A stretch of DNA of 55,616 bases from Dehalococcoidia bacterium (GCA_030740155.1 JASLXV010000040.1:1-55616), one strand, 5' to 3'. Counted from the first letter of the stretch, positions 26,824 through 38,009 are shown. The notes: generated by a model not told the origin, from the sequence alone. Numbers and translations: made by a program.

Positions 26824-29800
26824 ATGCTCAAATCGGTCTCCAGCCGCGTCAGCTTTTCGGAGTTGGACGCCGGCATCATCCAGCTTTGGAAACAGAAGGA
26901 CGTGTTCCACCGCACCGAAACCGAGCGGCAGGACGCCCCCTTATTCATGCTCTTCGAGGGGCCGCCGACTGCCAACGGTAGTCCCGGCATCCATCACGTG
27001 CTGGCCCGGGTATTCAAGGATGTCATCTGCCGCCACCGGACGATGAAGGGGTACCGCTGCCTGCGCAAAGGCGGCTGGGACACCCACGGGCTGCCGGTGG
27101 AGTTGGAGGTGGAGAAGGGCCTGGGCCTCACCAGCAAGTGGGACATCGAAGAGTACGGCATCGAGAAATTCAACCAGAAGTGCCGGGAGAGCGTCTTCCA
27201 CTACCTTAAGGAGTGGGAAACCCTGACCGACCGCATCGGCTACTGGGTGGACATGGACCACCCTTACGTGACCCTGGATAACGATTACATCGAGTCCGGC
27301 TGGTGGATACTCAAAACCCTCTGGGACCAGGGCCTGCTCAGCCAGAACATGCGGGGCACCCCCCACTGCCCCCGATGCGTCACCAGCCTCAGCTCCCATG
27401 AAGTGGCCCTGGGCTACAAAGAGAACACGCCGGACCCCTCGGTGTTCGTGAAATTCCGGGTGGAAATCCCCCCCAACCCCCCTTTGTTAAAGGGGGGAGA
27501 AAGGGGGATTTTGAATTCACAAGTCCCCACCTACCTGCTGGCCTGGACCACTACGCCGTGGACGCTGCCCGGCAATACGGCCTTGGCCGTGGACGAGGCG
27601 TCCGACTATTCGGTGGTGGAGCTGGAGCAGGATGAAACCGTGCAGCGGCTGGTGCTGGCCACCCCGCTGCTGGAAGCCAACCTCCGCCAGGACTACAGGG
27701 TAGTCGCTACCCTGAAGGGGTCCGACCTGGTGGGCGTCGGGTACCAGCCTTTGTTCCCTCCAGAGGAATACGGCGTGGAGTTCCGACGGTTCGTCCGGCG
27801 GGAGGCCCGCGGCGGCGGCACCGTCGTGGACCTGGAACCGGCCACCGGGCTGGCGCCCCAAGTCGTGGGCGCGGGCTTCGTCTCCATGGACGACGGCACC
27901 GGCATCGTCCACATCGCCCCGGCCTTCGGAGATGAGGACCTGAACTTGGGCCGGGAAAAGGAGCTGGCCTTCGTCCAGCCGGTGGACCTGCTGGGCAAGG
28001 TTACGGGCAACTACCCGTTCGCCGGCAAGTTCGTCAAAGACGCCGACAAAGACATCATGGCCGGCCTCAAGGAACGGGGGCTGCTGTTCCACCGGGACAT
28101 CTACAAGCACACCTACCCTTTCTGCTGGCGATGCGACACTCCCCTGCTCTACTACGCCAAGAGTTCGTGGTACATCCGCACGACAGCCTTCAAAGATAAG
28201 CTGGTCAACGGCAACGGCAAGATCAACTGGTATCCGGACTACATTAAAGACGGCCGCTTCGGCGAGTGGCTGCGCAACAACGTGGACTGGGCCATCTCCA
28301 GAGAGCGGTACTGGGGCACCCCGATACCCATCTGGCAATGTCCGAGTTGCCGTCACCAGCTTTGCGTGGGCAGCGTCGACGAGTTGAAGCAGCACGCGGC
28401 GCCGGAGCACCGGGACCGGCTGGACGGACTGGACCTCCACCGGCCCTTCGTGGATGAAATCGAGTTAGATTGCGCCGCCGGCGGGTGCAATGGCCGGATG
28501 CGCCGCATCCCCGAGGTGATGGACGCCTGGTTCGACTCGGGTGCCATGCCCTTCGCCCAGTGGCACGTTCTCAGAAATGACGATGTGGATAAACTCAAGG
28601 AGGTGGGGAAATTCCCCGCCGATTACATCTGCGAGGCGGTGGACCAGACCCGGGGCTGGTTCTACAGCCTGCACGCTCTGTCCACGCTGCTGACCGGGGA
28701 GCCATCCTACAAGAACGTCATCTGCCTGGGCCTGGTCCTGGACGAGAAGGGCCGCAAGATGAGCAAGCGGGTGGGCAACGTCGTGGAGCCGATTGGCGTG
28801 CTCGACGAGCACGGCGCCGACGCCCTGCGCTGGTACCTGTTCACCGCGTCCCACCCCGGCGAGCCCCGGCGGTTCTCCGCCCGGCTGGTGAAAGAGACGC
28901 TGCGGCGGGTCCTGCTGACACTGTGGAACGTCTACTCGTTCTTCACCAACTACGCGTCCATCGACAAGTTTCATCCCGAGCAAACACCCGAGGGCTGGCG
29001 GCCGGAGGGCGAGCTGGACCGCTGGATCCTTTCCGAGTTGAACACCCTGGTGTCCCAGGTGGACGCCCACCTGGACGGCTACGACCCCACCAACGCGGGT
29101 CGCCGGATTCAGGAGTTCATCGACCAGCTCTCCAACTGGTACGTGCGCCGCAGCCGCCGCCGGTTCTGGCGGAGCGAGAACGACGGCGACAAGCTCTCGG
29201 GCTACATCACCCTGTACACCTGCCTGGTCACCCTGGCCAAGCTGATGGCGCCGCTGGCCCCCTTCGTGGCCGAGGAAATCTACCAGGGACTGGTCTGCTC
29301 GGTGGACCCCGAAGCTCCCGACAGCGTGCACCTGGCGGAATTCCCGGCGGCCGACCCGTTGCTGGTCGACCGCCTCTTGATGGAAGCCACCCGGCTGGCC
29401 ATGCGGATCGCCAGCATGGGCCGGGGCGTCCGGTCGCGGGCCGGGCTAAAGGTGCGTCAGCCTCTGGCGAACGTTCTAGTCAAACCGAGATCCCAGGAAG
29501 AAGACAAATATCTCGCGTGGATCAGCCCTCAAATTCTGGACGAACTCAACGTCAAAGAGCTTGTCCCCCTGGACGAATCCTCAGACCTGTACCGGCGGGC
29601 GTTGGAATCTGCCGGAGACCAAACCGAGTGCGTGGTTGAAGTGAGCTGGACTCCCCCGGAAGGGGTCGAGCGACATTATTGGGTAGCCCTCGAGGGTGGC
29701 TACATGGTTGGCCTCGACGTGATCATCACGGCGGAGCTGAAAGACGAGGGGACCGCCCGGGAGCTGACGCATCACATCCAAAACTACCGGCGGGCCGAAG

Positions 29801-30006
29801 AGTTCGAGATTACCGACCGGGTGGTCACCTACTACCAGGCGCCCGCATCCATCCGCCGGGTGCTGGAGGCGGCAAGCACCGGCGAGTACATCCGGAAAGA
29901 AACGCTTAGCGAAGACCTGCGGGACGAGCCTCCGCCGGAAGGGGTCAGGGCGCAAGTCGTGAAGGTGAACGGCGAAGAGGTGACGCTGGGGGTCCGGCGG
30001 GTCTGA
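26824..30006 (+). CDS. ileS: Isoleucine-tRNA ligase, type 2-like
   Basis: EGPPTANG, GWDTHGLPVE, WTTTPWT, GTGIVH, DWAISRERYWG, DQTRGWF and KMSKR. Confidence 0.97.
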   Translation: MLKSVSSRVSFSELDAGIIQLWKQKDVFHRTETERQDAPLFMLFEGPPTANGSPGIHHVLARVFKDVICRHRTMKGYRCLRKGGWDTHGLPVELEVEKGLGLTSKWDIEEYGIEKFNQKCRESVFHYLKEWETLTDRIGYWVDMDHPYVTLDNDYIESGWWILKTLWDQGLLSQNMRGTPHCPRCVTSLSSHEVALGYKENTPDPSVFVKFRVEIPPNPPLLKGGERGILNSQVPTYLLAWTTTPWTLPGNTALAVDEASDYSVVELEQDETVQRLVLATPLLEANLRQDYRVVATLKGSDLVGVGYQPLFPPEEYGVEFRRFVRREARGGGTVVDLEPATGLAPQVVGAGFVSMDDGTGIVHIAPAFGDEDLNLGREKELAFVQPVDLLGKVTGNYPFAGKFVKDADKDIMAGLKERGLLFHRDIYKHTYPFCWRCDTPLLYYAKSSWYIRTTAFKDKLVNGNGKINWYPDYIKDGRFGEWLRNNVDWAISRERYWGTPIPIWQCPSCRHQLCVGSVDELKQHAAPEHRDRLDGLDLHRPFVDEIELDCAAGGCNGRMRRIPEVMDAWFDSGAMPFAQWHVLRNDDVDKLKEVGKFPADYICEAVDQTRGWFYSLHALSTLLTGEPSYKNVICLGLVLDEKGRKMSKRVGNVVEPIGVLDEHGADALRWYLFTASHPGEPRRFSARLVKETLRRVLLTLWNVYSFFTNYASIDKFHPEQTPEGWRPEGELDRWILSELNTLVSQVDAHLDGYDPTNAGRRIQEFIDQLSNWYVRRSRRRFWRSENDGDKLSGYITLYTCLVTLAKLMAPLAPFVAEEIYQGLVCSVDPEAPDSVHLAEFPAADPLLVDRLLMEATRLAMRIASMGRGVRSRAGLKVRQPLANVLVKPRSQEEDKYLAWISPQILDELNVKELVPLDESSDLYRRALESAGDQTECVVEVSWTPPEGVERHYWVALEGGYMVGLDVIITAELKDEGTARELTHHIQNYRRAEEFEITDRVVTYYQAPASIRRVLEAASTGEYIRKETLSEDLRDEPPPEGVRAQVVKVNGEEVTLGVRRV

Positions 30007-30013
30007 AACGGCG

Positions 30014-30829
30014 ATGCCTGAGCTACCCGAGGTCGAAAACGCCAGGTGCTATCTCGTTCAGGCGGGGCTGCCCGGACGCACCTTCACCGGCGCCAATATC
30101 GGCTGGGCCAAGACCGTCCGGACGCCCTCCCTGGAAGATTTTGTCCTGGGGCTCACCGGCGGCGCGGTGCAGGCCGTCAACCGGCGGGGCAAGTACCTGC
30201 TCCTGCCCTTGCGTAGGGGCGACTCGCGAACCCCCCTCACCCTCATCATCCACCTCGGCATGACCGGCGGCTTGCAGGTCCACCCAAGGTCCGAGCCCGA
30301 ACCCCGGATGCTTCGCCACACCTTCTACCTGGACGACGGCCGCGAGCTGCGGTTCGTGGACGGGCGTAAGTTCGGCAAGTTGTGGTTGGCATCCGACTCC
30401 GACGATGTCTTGCCCGTCCTCGGCCCGGACCCGCTGGGCGACGACTTCACCGCGGACACCCTGGCCCGGAGCCTTGACGGGAGAATCGCTCCAATCAAGG
30501 CCCTGATACTGGAGCAGTCTATCGCGGCGGGGATCGGCAACCTGTACGCCGACGAGTCCCTGTTCCTGGCGGGCATTCACCCCTTGCGCCCCGCCTCGGA
30601 CCTGTCCGGCGATGAAATCTCCCGGCTCCGGGACGGCATCGTGGCCGCCCTCAGCGCCGCCGTGGCCCTATACGACAAAAGCCGGGCCAACGGCCAGCCC
30701 GACCCTCCCACGGAACTGAACGCCTGGACCATTCCCCGCAAACCCGGCGACCCCTGCCCCCGTTGTGGATGCCCCATCGACGCCATCCGCGTCCGCGGCA
30801 CCTGCTTCTGCCCAGGGTGTCAGGGGTAG
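30014..30829 (+). CDS. mutM: Formamidopyrimidine-DNA glycosylase
   Basis: N-terminal PELPEVE, RRGK, HLGMTG, GIGNLYADE and a C-terminal CxxC..CxxC zinc finger. Confidence 0.95.
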   Translation: MPELPEVENARCYLVQAGLPGRTFTGANIGWAKTVRTPSLEDFVLGLTGGAVQAVNRRGKYLLLPLRRGDSRTPLTLIIHLGMTGGLQVHPRSEPEPRMLRHTFYLDDGRELRFVDGRKFGKLWLASDSDDVLPVLGPDPLGDDFTADTLARSLDGRIAPIKALILEQSIAAGIGNLYADESLFLAGIHPLRPASDLSGDEISRLRDGIVAALSAAVALYDKSRANGQPDPPTELNAWTIPRKPGDPCPRCGCPIDAIRVRGTCFCPGCQG

Positions 30830-30869
30830 TGCCCATGGCAAGGGCGACTAACAGGAGCTGGTCATGAGT

Positions 30870-31340
30870 CTAAGGGCTCATCACCACAGTTTGGTCCCCG
30901 CCGTTATAGCGATCTACAAAGTGTCGGTAGATAGCACGTGCATGCGTTTCTGAATTCCCGCCGTCCGATTTGCGGTTCACCTGGAGCCCCAGCTGACCCT
31001 CCACCAGGTCCATCGGGAGTCGTCTATAATCCGTTCCGTCTATCATGGTCCTGAAATTGCGGCCGGGAAACTGCGAAACTGAAACCTGGTGACCTCTGAT
31101 GGAGCCAGATAACTCTCCTGGAGTGTCGTAAACGATCCGCCGATTTGACCTGATGGGGGTAGCTGGATAACTAGGCGGAAGAGTTGCGTCTTCCGATCCA
31201 TCCATTAAGATTTCTGAAAATTTGTGGACGAAGACTCGTCGTGCGGCTGGTTCATCAAAGAGAAGCGCCGCCACGTCTTGCTGATCTTTTTCCGGCAGCG
31301 ACCTGTAAGCAAGCAAGAAAACTTTGGCAGGTTCAGGCAC
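30870..31340 (-). CDS. Hypothetical protein
   Basis: 156-aa ORF with GTG start after AAGGAGG; AT-richer than neighbours; no family recognised. Confidence 0.6.
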   Translation of the reverse strand: MPEPAKVFLLAYRSLPEKDQQDVAALLFDEPAARRVFVHKFSEILMDGSEDATLPPSYPATPIRSNRRIVYDTPGELSGSIRGHQVSVSQFPGRNFRTMIDGTDYRRLPMDLVEGQLGLQVNRKSDGGNSETHARAIYRHFVDRYNGGDQTVVMSP

Positions 31341-31429
31341 ACAGCACCTCCTTAGTAGACTGTAGATACTGTAATATACTCCGGAGTTACTGTCAACCGG
31401 CAGTATGCACTGAGTTTCTAGTTATTCTT

Positions 31430-31627
31430 CTACACGCTGGTCCCATGGATATGCCTCGGCGCCACGATAATGACGGAACACTTGTCGTCCACCACGGCTT
31501 GGTCGTACTCTTCCCAGTCGGGGTGATCCTGACCGGCTGTCGCCACGTATACCTCTTGCAACGCCAGCCGCAGTTCCCCGGCGTCGGTGTTGGCGGGGGT
31601 AGGTATCAGGTGCCCGACGGCGACAAC
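31430..31627 (-). pseudogene. 3' remnant of a PPOX-class F420-dependent oxidoreductase paralogue
   Basis: Reads ...PTPANTDAGELRLALQEVYVATAGQDHPDWEEYDQAVVDDKCSVIIVAPRHIHGTSV*, matching the C-half of 31866..32282. It is preceded by an in-frame stop. Confidence 0.8.
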
Positions 31628-31865
31628 CTACGAAATTATCTAGTTAGGCATGAAATCACCTTCCGGATATGGCCACGATAGTGAAGGCTGACTCCTACTC
31701 TTAGCATTCCGGGTTTCCTCCTCAGATTTCACCCCAGCCCTAAGCACGCACCCCATGAAGGGGACAGTTCAGAGTCAGCCTATATGCATATATTACGGTA
31801 TGCTGCCCATGTCAGTGTGTCAATGCGCGTAATCGGACGTGTTCTGGCGCGGCAGCCTGCCCCCC

Positions 31866-32282
31866 CTACATCCTCAACCCATAAACATGCTCGGGCACCA
31901 CTATCACCACCGAACGCTGGTCGTCGCGAACGGCCTGGTCGTACTCCTCCCAGTTGGGGTGCTCCTGGCCGGCGGCCGCTACATATACGTCCCGTAGCGC
32001 CAGCCGCAGCTCCTCGGCGTCGGTGTTGCCGGGGGTGAGTAGCTCGGCGTGCCCTTCCAGCACGAAGAAGCTCCGCCAGTTGTCCGTGGAGACGAGCAGG
32101 GAGCAGCGCGGGTCCCGTTTCAAGTTTCGCAGCTTGGCTCGGTCCTCGGTGGTGGTGAAGCCGACCCCATCTCTGGTTGGACCGCAGGTGATGATGCTCA
32201 TCTGAGCCGCTCCATTCCGGCGAAAGGTGGTGAGCACGCCGCGGTGGTGCTCGGCGACGAACTGCCGTACCTTGTCTTGCAT
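31866..32282 (-). CDS. PPOX-class F420-dependent oxidoreductase
   Basis: GVLTTFRRNG..Q, RAKLRNLKRDPR and HPNWEEYD. Confidence 0.9.
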   Translation of the reverse strand: MQDKVRQFVAEHHRGVLTTFRRNGAAQMSIITCGPTRDGVGFTTTEDRAKLRNLKRDPRCSLLVSTDNWRSFFVLEGHAELLTPGNTDAEELRLALRDVYVAAAGQEHPNWEEYDQAVRDDQRSVVIVVPEHVYGLRM

Positions 32283-32300
32283 CTGACCTCCTCCTGTGTT

Positions 32301-32783
32301 CTACCGCTCCAGCACGAAGTCGATTTCCAACATGTCGTAGTGGGCGTTTTGCATTCCCAGGCTGTCGTACACCTGCCGGGCCACGTGGTTGTCCCGGTCA
32401 ACGTAGAGCCGCAGGCCGCACACATTGTCTTGACGCCGGGCCTCTGCCTGAACGTGGCGGTGCAGCGTGCTGTACACCCCCAGCTGGCGGTGGCCGGCCT
32501 CGACATATACGCTCTGTATCCACCAGAAGAGGCCGTTGCGCCAATCGCTCCACTCGGTGGTAACGAGCAACTGGCCCACAACCCGTCCCGACAGCTCCGC
32601 CACGAGGTAAAAGCCCAAGGCGTCCTGTTCGAGCACGGCGGTGACGCCGTCCCGCAGCCGCGCCAAGTCCAGGGTCTTCCCCTCGGTCTCCCAGGCCATG
32701 GCCGCGTTGAACTCCACCAGGGTATTCAGGTCACCCGAAACGGCCCGCCTCACACATACTTCTGGGTGCTGGTCTTTCGCCAT
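32301..32783 (-). CDS. GNAT acetyltransferase
   Basis: TEWSDWRNG, WIQSVYV and GLRLYVDRDN. Confidence 0.9.
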   Translation of the reverse strand: MAKDQHPEVCVRRAVSGDLNTLVEFNAAMAWETEGKTLDLARLRDGVTAVLEQDALGFYLVAELSGRVVGQLLVTTEWSDWRNGLFWWIQSVYVEAGHRQLGVYSTLHRHVQAEARRQDNVCGLRLYVDRDNHVARQVYDSLGMQNAHYDMLEIDFVLER

Positions 32784-32926
32784 TCCTTCTCCGAAAGCAG
32801 ATTGCTCACCTTGGGCCTCGCCATTGCAAGGCAGAGGTTAACCGGGGCCCGCTCTGAGACCTAAAGGTGGACGCCCGGTCACAGTGCCGCGATCAAATTG
32901 GCAAAGCCGACGAAGAGTTGGTCCCG

Positions 32927-32968
32927 TTCAAGTCCCCCTTTATAAAAGGGGGACTTGGGGGGATTTCC
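32927..32968. repeat. Palindromic repeat AAGTCCCCCTTTATAAAAGGGGGACTT
   Basis: Hairpin of the same family as the insert in ileS. Confidence 0.75.
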
Positions 32969-33021
32969 TCCCCCAATCAAGTCTAGCCATCCACCCAAAG
33001 GCCGGTATATAGCACACCCGG

Positions 33022-35607
33022 CTAGCTTAACCAGAATGTGGAGCCGGAGTCCCCTTTCTGGACCTCGATGGTGACCGGGAACATCTCCTTCAAATCCTCC
33101 AGGTGGGTGATGACGATGATCTTTTCGAAGTCGCTCTGGATCGCGCCGATCACATCCAGGACCCGCTCCCGACCGGCCGTGTCCTGGGTGCCGAACCCCT
33201 CGTCGATAAACAGGGTGGGCATGGGCGCGCCCATCCGTTGGGCCAGCACCTTGGACAGCGCGATGCGCAGGGCCAAGTTGACGCGGAAGGCCTCGCCGCC
33301 GCTGTACATCTCGTAGCTGCGGGGGCCCAGCTCGTCGCTCACCTGAATCTCCAGGGTCTCGATGGGGTCGCCGCGCCCGGTGCGCCGTTCCCGCTGGGTC
33401 TCGAGCTTCACCTGCATCCGGTTGTCCGTCATGCGTCCCAGCAGCCCGTTGGCCTCCTCCTCCAGCCGGGGGACCACCGTCTCGATGAGCATGGCCTGGA
33501 CACCCTGGCGGCCGAAGGCGGTGACCAGCTCCTGGTAGATGCCCTGGTCTTCTTGCGAGCCGGACAGGCGGGCCGAGATGCCGGCCATCTCCAGTTCGAG
33601 ACCTTCCAGCCGCTCCACCTGGCCCCGCAGGTAACCCCGGCGGTCGATGGCGTGCTGTCTTTGCCCCTCCAACTCTTTCTGAGCTGCCTCGGCCTCCTTA
33701 CGTCTGGCCTCCCACTGGGGCAGCGCGGCTGTTGCCGCTTCGTCGCTTCGGTGTTGCTCTTGAAGCTGCTCTGCCTCGCTCTTTCGACGCCGCAGCATCT
33801 CCTCGGTCCCGGTGACCGACGCCTGCTCTTGGGGCAGGTTGGTTTCCGCATCCGAGAGTTGGCGGAGTTTTGCGGCATAGGGCTCCAGCTCCTGAATCTG
33901 CGTGTAGGTCTGCCGGCGAGCCGCTTCGTCGTAGCCGAGGGTGTTGATTCGGAGGTCCAGCGCCGCGAGCCGGCCCTGCTCATCGGCGGCGAAATCCCCG
34001 GAGGCCAGGGATGCCGAGGTGGTAGATAGCTGAGTCTTGGCCTGGTCCAACTCCTCCCGGGCCGCCCGCGACTCTTGGATGGCCCGCTCCAGGTCGTTGA
34101 TCTTGACCCCGGCTTCCCGTTGAGCCTGGGCCAAGGCCCGTTCCCGGCCGGGCAGGTCCCGCTCCAGGGCGGCGCGCTCGGCCTCAAGCTCTCGCAGCTT
34201 GGAGGCGTTCTGGCGGTACAGATCGCGCTTGGCTTCGATGTCTACTCGGTAGGTTTCCGACAGGCGTCCGCAGCCGTCTTCACCCAGGGGAGACTGGCAC
34301 AGAGGGCACATCGCATCCTGGTGGCCGGTGCGTTGAAGCAACTCCAGCTTGGCGCGAAGCTCCCTCCCTTCCGCCTCGTAACGCTCGGCGACGCTCTGGG
34401 CCTCACCGGCGCGGGTGGCCAGGGTTTGCTGGTCATCCCGACGGGTGCGAAGAGCCTGTTCTTCCACTTCCAGCGCCGGCAGCCGGAGCCGGGTCTTATC
34501 CAGCTCTTTGACCAGGTCCGCTTCCGCCCGCGCCTTATCGGGCAGCTCCACCTCCACTCGGCGCCGAAGCTGTTCCCCCTGGGCTTCCAGGCGGGCGCGG
34601 GCGCCGTCGATGGCCCTCGTCAGAGTTTGCCGGGCCTCAACGAGCGTATCGAAGGCCTGGCGGGCCTCTTCCAGGGCAATGAAGCGGCGCCGGGCCTCGT
34701 CCAGCCGGACGGCCCCCTGCCGGACTGAATCCGCCTGTAGAAGCAGGTCCTGATACTGGTCGACCCGGGCCCGGCCGGCCGCCACGGCGGATTCGAGGTG
34801 GACTGCCTCCCGGCGGATGCCCTCCATCTGCCGTTGCAGCTCGTCCAGCTGAGCACCTTTTCGTTCGAGATCGGCCACCGTCCGCACCAGCTCCTCCACT
34901 TCGCGGCGGCGCTCCTCCAGTTGCGGGTCGACCTGCTGCAAACGTAACTCGATCCCGGCCAGCTCTTCGGAGGGGTCCCCAATCTCCTCGACCTGGCGGC
35001 GCATCTGGCCCAAGGCCCCTTCCGTCTCGGCGGAGGCGTTCCGGCTCTCGTCCAGCCACTCCCTGGCGCGGGCCTGCAGCCGGTCGTAGGCGGCCAACCC
35101 GAGGATCTTGGCCAGCACTGCCTTGCGGTCCGCGGGGGTCTTGTTGCTGAACTCGTCGGCCCGCCCTTGAAGCAGGAAGGCGGAGTTGATGAACGTGTCG
35201 TAGTCCATGCCGACGATCTGGTCGATCCGGGCCTGGGTCTCCCGGATCTGATTGCCGGTGACGGGCTTGGATTCACCGGCGCTCAGGACCTGAAGCTGCA
35301 GGTCGGTGACCCCCTGGCGGCGCCGGCCCCCGCCCCGGGCGTGGGCCCGCACGGCGCGGTATGGGGTGTCCCGGGCCTGGAACTCCAACTCGACGCGGCA
35401 CTCGTCGGCGCCGTAGGAGATCAGGTCGTCGTGGGTCTTGCCCCGGGCCCGGCCCCACAGGCACCAGGTGATGGCATCGAGCAAAGCCGATTTGCCGTGT
35501 CCGTTGGGACCGCAGAGGCAGGCCACGTGAATCCCGGTGAAGTCGAGGCTCGGTACGTCCTCCCGGTAGCAGAGGAAGTTCTTCAAACTCAGGCGCAGGG
35601 GTATCAT
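33022..35607 (-). CDS. sbcC: SbcC/Rad50 SMC-family ATPase
   Basis: GPNGHGKS, coiled coils, CPLC zinc hook, YSGGE and FIDEGFG. Confidence 0.92.
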   Translation of the reverse strand: MIPLRLSLKNFLCYREDVPSLDFTGIHVACLCGPNGHGKSALLDAITWCLWGRARGKTHDDLISYGADECRVELEFQARDTPYRAVRAHARGGGRRRQGVTDLQLQVLSAGESKPVTGNQIRETQARIDQIVGMDYDTFINSAFLLQGRADEFSNKTPADRKAVLAKILGLAAYDRLQARAREWLDESRNASAETEGALGQMRRQVEEIGDPSEELAGIELRLQQVDPQLEERRREVEELVRTVADLERKGAQLDELQRQMEGIRREAVHLESAVAAGRARVDQYQDLLLQADSVRQGAVRLDEARRRFIALEEARQAFDTLVEARQTLTRAIDGARARLEAQGEQLRRRVEVELPDKARAEADLVKELDKTRLRLPALEVEEQALRTRRDDQQTLATRAGEAQSVAERYEAEGRELRAKLELLQRTGHQDAMCPLCQSPLGEDGCGRLSETYRVDIEAKRDLYRQNASKLRELEAERAALERDLPGRERALAQAQREAGVKINDLERAIQESRAAREELDQAKTQLSTTSASLASGDFAADEQGRLAALDLRINTLGYDEAARRQTYTQIQELEPYAAKLRQLSDAETNLPQEQASVTGTEEMLRRRKSEAEQLQEQHRSDEAATAALPQWEARRKEAEAAQKELEGQRQHAIDRRGYLRGQVERLEGLELEMAGISARLSGSQEDQGIYQELVTAFGRQGVQAMLIETVVPRLEEEANGLLGRMTDNRMQVKLETQRERRTGRGDPIETLEIQVSDELGPRSYEMYSGGEAFRVNLALRIALSKVLAQRMGAPMPTLFIDEGFGTQDTAGRERVLDVIGAIQSDFEKIIVITHLEDLKEMFPVTIEVQKGDSGSTFWLS

Positions 35608-35846
35608 GGCGCCGCCTCGGCGGCAGTGTATGGAGGGCGGCCAGCCCCATCCCGGTTTCGAGCCACAAGCCCGTCAAGCACGATGATTCCTCACCCCCCG
35701 GCTAGCCGCGTCCATTCTAGCACAGGCCGCCTGGTGCATCCGCCGGGCATCGAGCCGGGTAAGGTCGACGCCCTTCGAACCCAAGGCGAGGGCGTCTATT
35801 TCTCCGCCCTAAGAACAGGGCGCTCCACGAAGCTGGCGCCCCCGCT

Positions 35847-35951
35847 CCGTCATTCCGGCGAAAGCCGGAATCCAGCCGACCAGGTCTGTCTGCGACACTC
35901 GCACAGGTGATTGGAGACGCGTCTGGATTCCGGCCTTCGCCGGAATGACGG
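35847..35951. repeat. CCGTCATTCCGGCGAAAGCCGGAATCCAG...CTGGATTCCGGCCTTCGCCGGAATGACGG palindrome
   Basis: Same palindrome as the core of the MITE-like copies; degenerate copies also at about 20985-21115. Confidence 0.85.
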
Positions 35952-36077
35952 GGGTGAGTGGGCGGGCGACAACAGAAAAGTCAGCTAAGGAATGAGGCAC
36001 GAGGGCTGATGAGGGTTTATGCTAGTAGTCTACGATCTTCGCGTACGTCGCGGTGAATTTCCGGGCGGCGGCACGGT

Positions 36078-36856
<779 letters not shown>

Positions 36857-36857
<1 letters not shown>

Positions 36858-37942
36858 TGTGGAGGACTAACCCCACCCTGGCGCTGACCGTGGCCTCGCT
36901 GAAGATGTGGTTTCGCAACCGGCAGGCCATCTTCTGGACCTTCTTCCTCCCCCTGGTGATCATGGTGATATTCGGCATGCTCAATTTCGGCGCCCTGGGG
37001 GCGGTGGACCTGGGTGTAATCGACCTGGCCGACAGCGAGGCGTCGCGCAGCTTCGTCAACAACCTGTCGAACATCGAATCCTTTGACGTATCCCTGCACG
37101 GTACCGAGGAGGAAGAGCGGCAGGCCTTGGCCGATGGCGACCGGGCCCTGGTGCTGATCATTCCCGAGGAGTTCGGGCACTCCAGCGTCCCGGCGACCGT
37201 GCAACTTTATTACAACGATGGCCAGCCCGGGGAGACCCAGGTTGGCCGGACCATCGTGCGCCAGCTTCTGGACGAGATGACCTTCGCCATGGCCGGCGCG
37301 CCTCGCCGCTTCCCCATCGACGCCCAGCCGGTGAACAGCCGCAACCTCCGATTCATCGACTTCCTGATGCCGGGCATCGTCGCCATGTCCTTGATGCAGA
37401 TGGGGCTGTTCAGCGTGGCCTTCGCCTTCGTGCAACTGAAAAGCCGGGGCATCTTGCGCCGCCTGCTGGCCACGCCGGTCCACCCGGCCAGCTTCCTCTT
37501 CGCCCAGGTGTTCACCCGGTTGACCGTCTCCATCATCCAGGCCCTGGTGCTTGTCGGTGTGGCGGTGATCTTCTTCAACGTACATCTGGCGGGCAGCCTG
37601 AGCGCCATTCTGCTGCTGGCCGTGCTTGGTGGCGGGGTGTTCGTGAGCATGGGTTTCGCCGTTTCGGGCTGGGCGAAGAGTGAGGAGGTGGCCGCGCCCA
37701 TCGCCAACGTCATCGCCCTGCCCATGATGTTTCTTTCCGGCATCTTCTTCCCCAGGAGCGCCATGCCGGAGATACTGCAAGAAATCACCGACTTCTTGCC
37801 CCTTACTTACTTGGCCGACGCCATGCGGAACATAGCAATCGACGGCGAGGCACTCTGGTCCCAGGGGTGGAACGTTCTCGGACTGACGGTATGGCTGGCC
37901 CTCAGCTTCGCGATCGCGGTGCGGCTGTTCAAGTGGGAATAG
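36857..37942 (+). CDS. ABC-2 type exporter permease
   Basis: DFLMPGIVAM, FLSGIFFP and LPLTY. Confidence 0.93.
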
Positions 37943-38009
37943 GTGGGACCCGGCGCCGCAAGTAATCTTCGGCAAGAACTTGTGGCATCCGCAACGCCGG
38001 GCCGATTTC

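Noticed and set aside
35730..35805. Guanidine-type riboswitch upstream of the ABC exporter
   Set aside because: Two hairpins are present, but the conserved elements are not arranged as in the guanidine classes I know.
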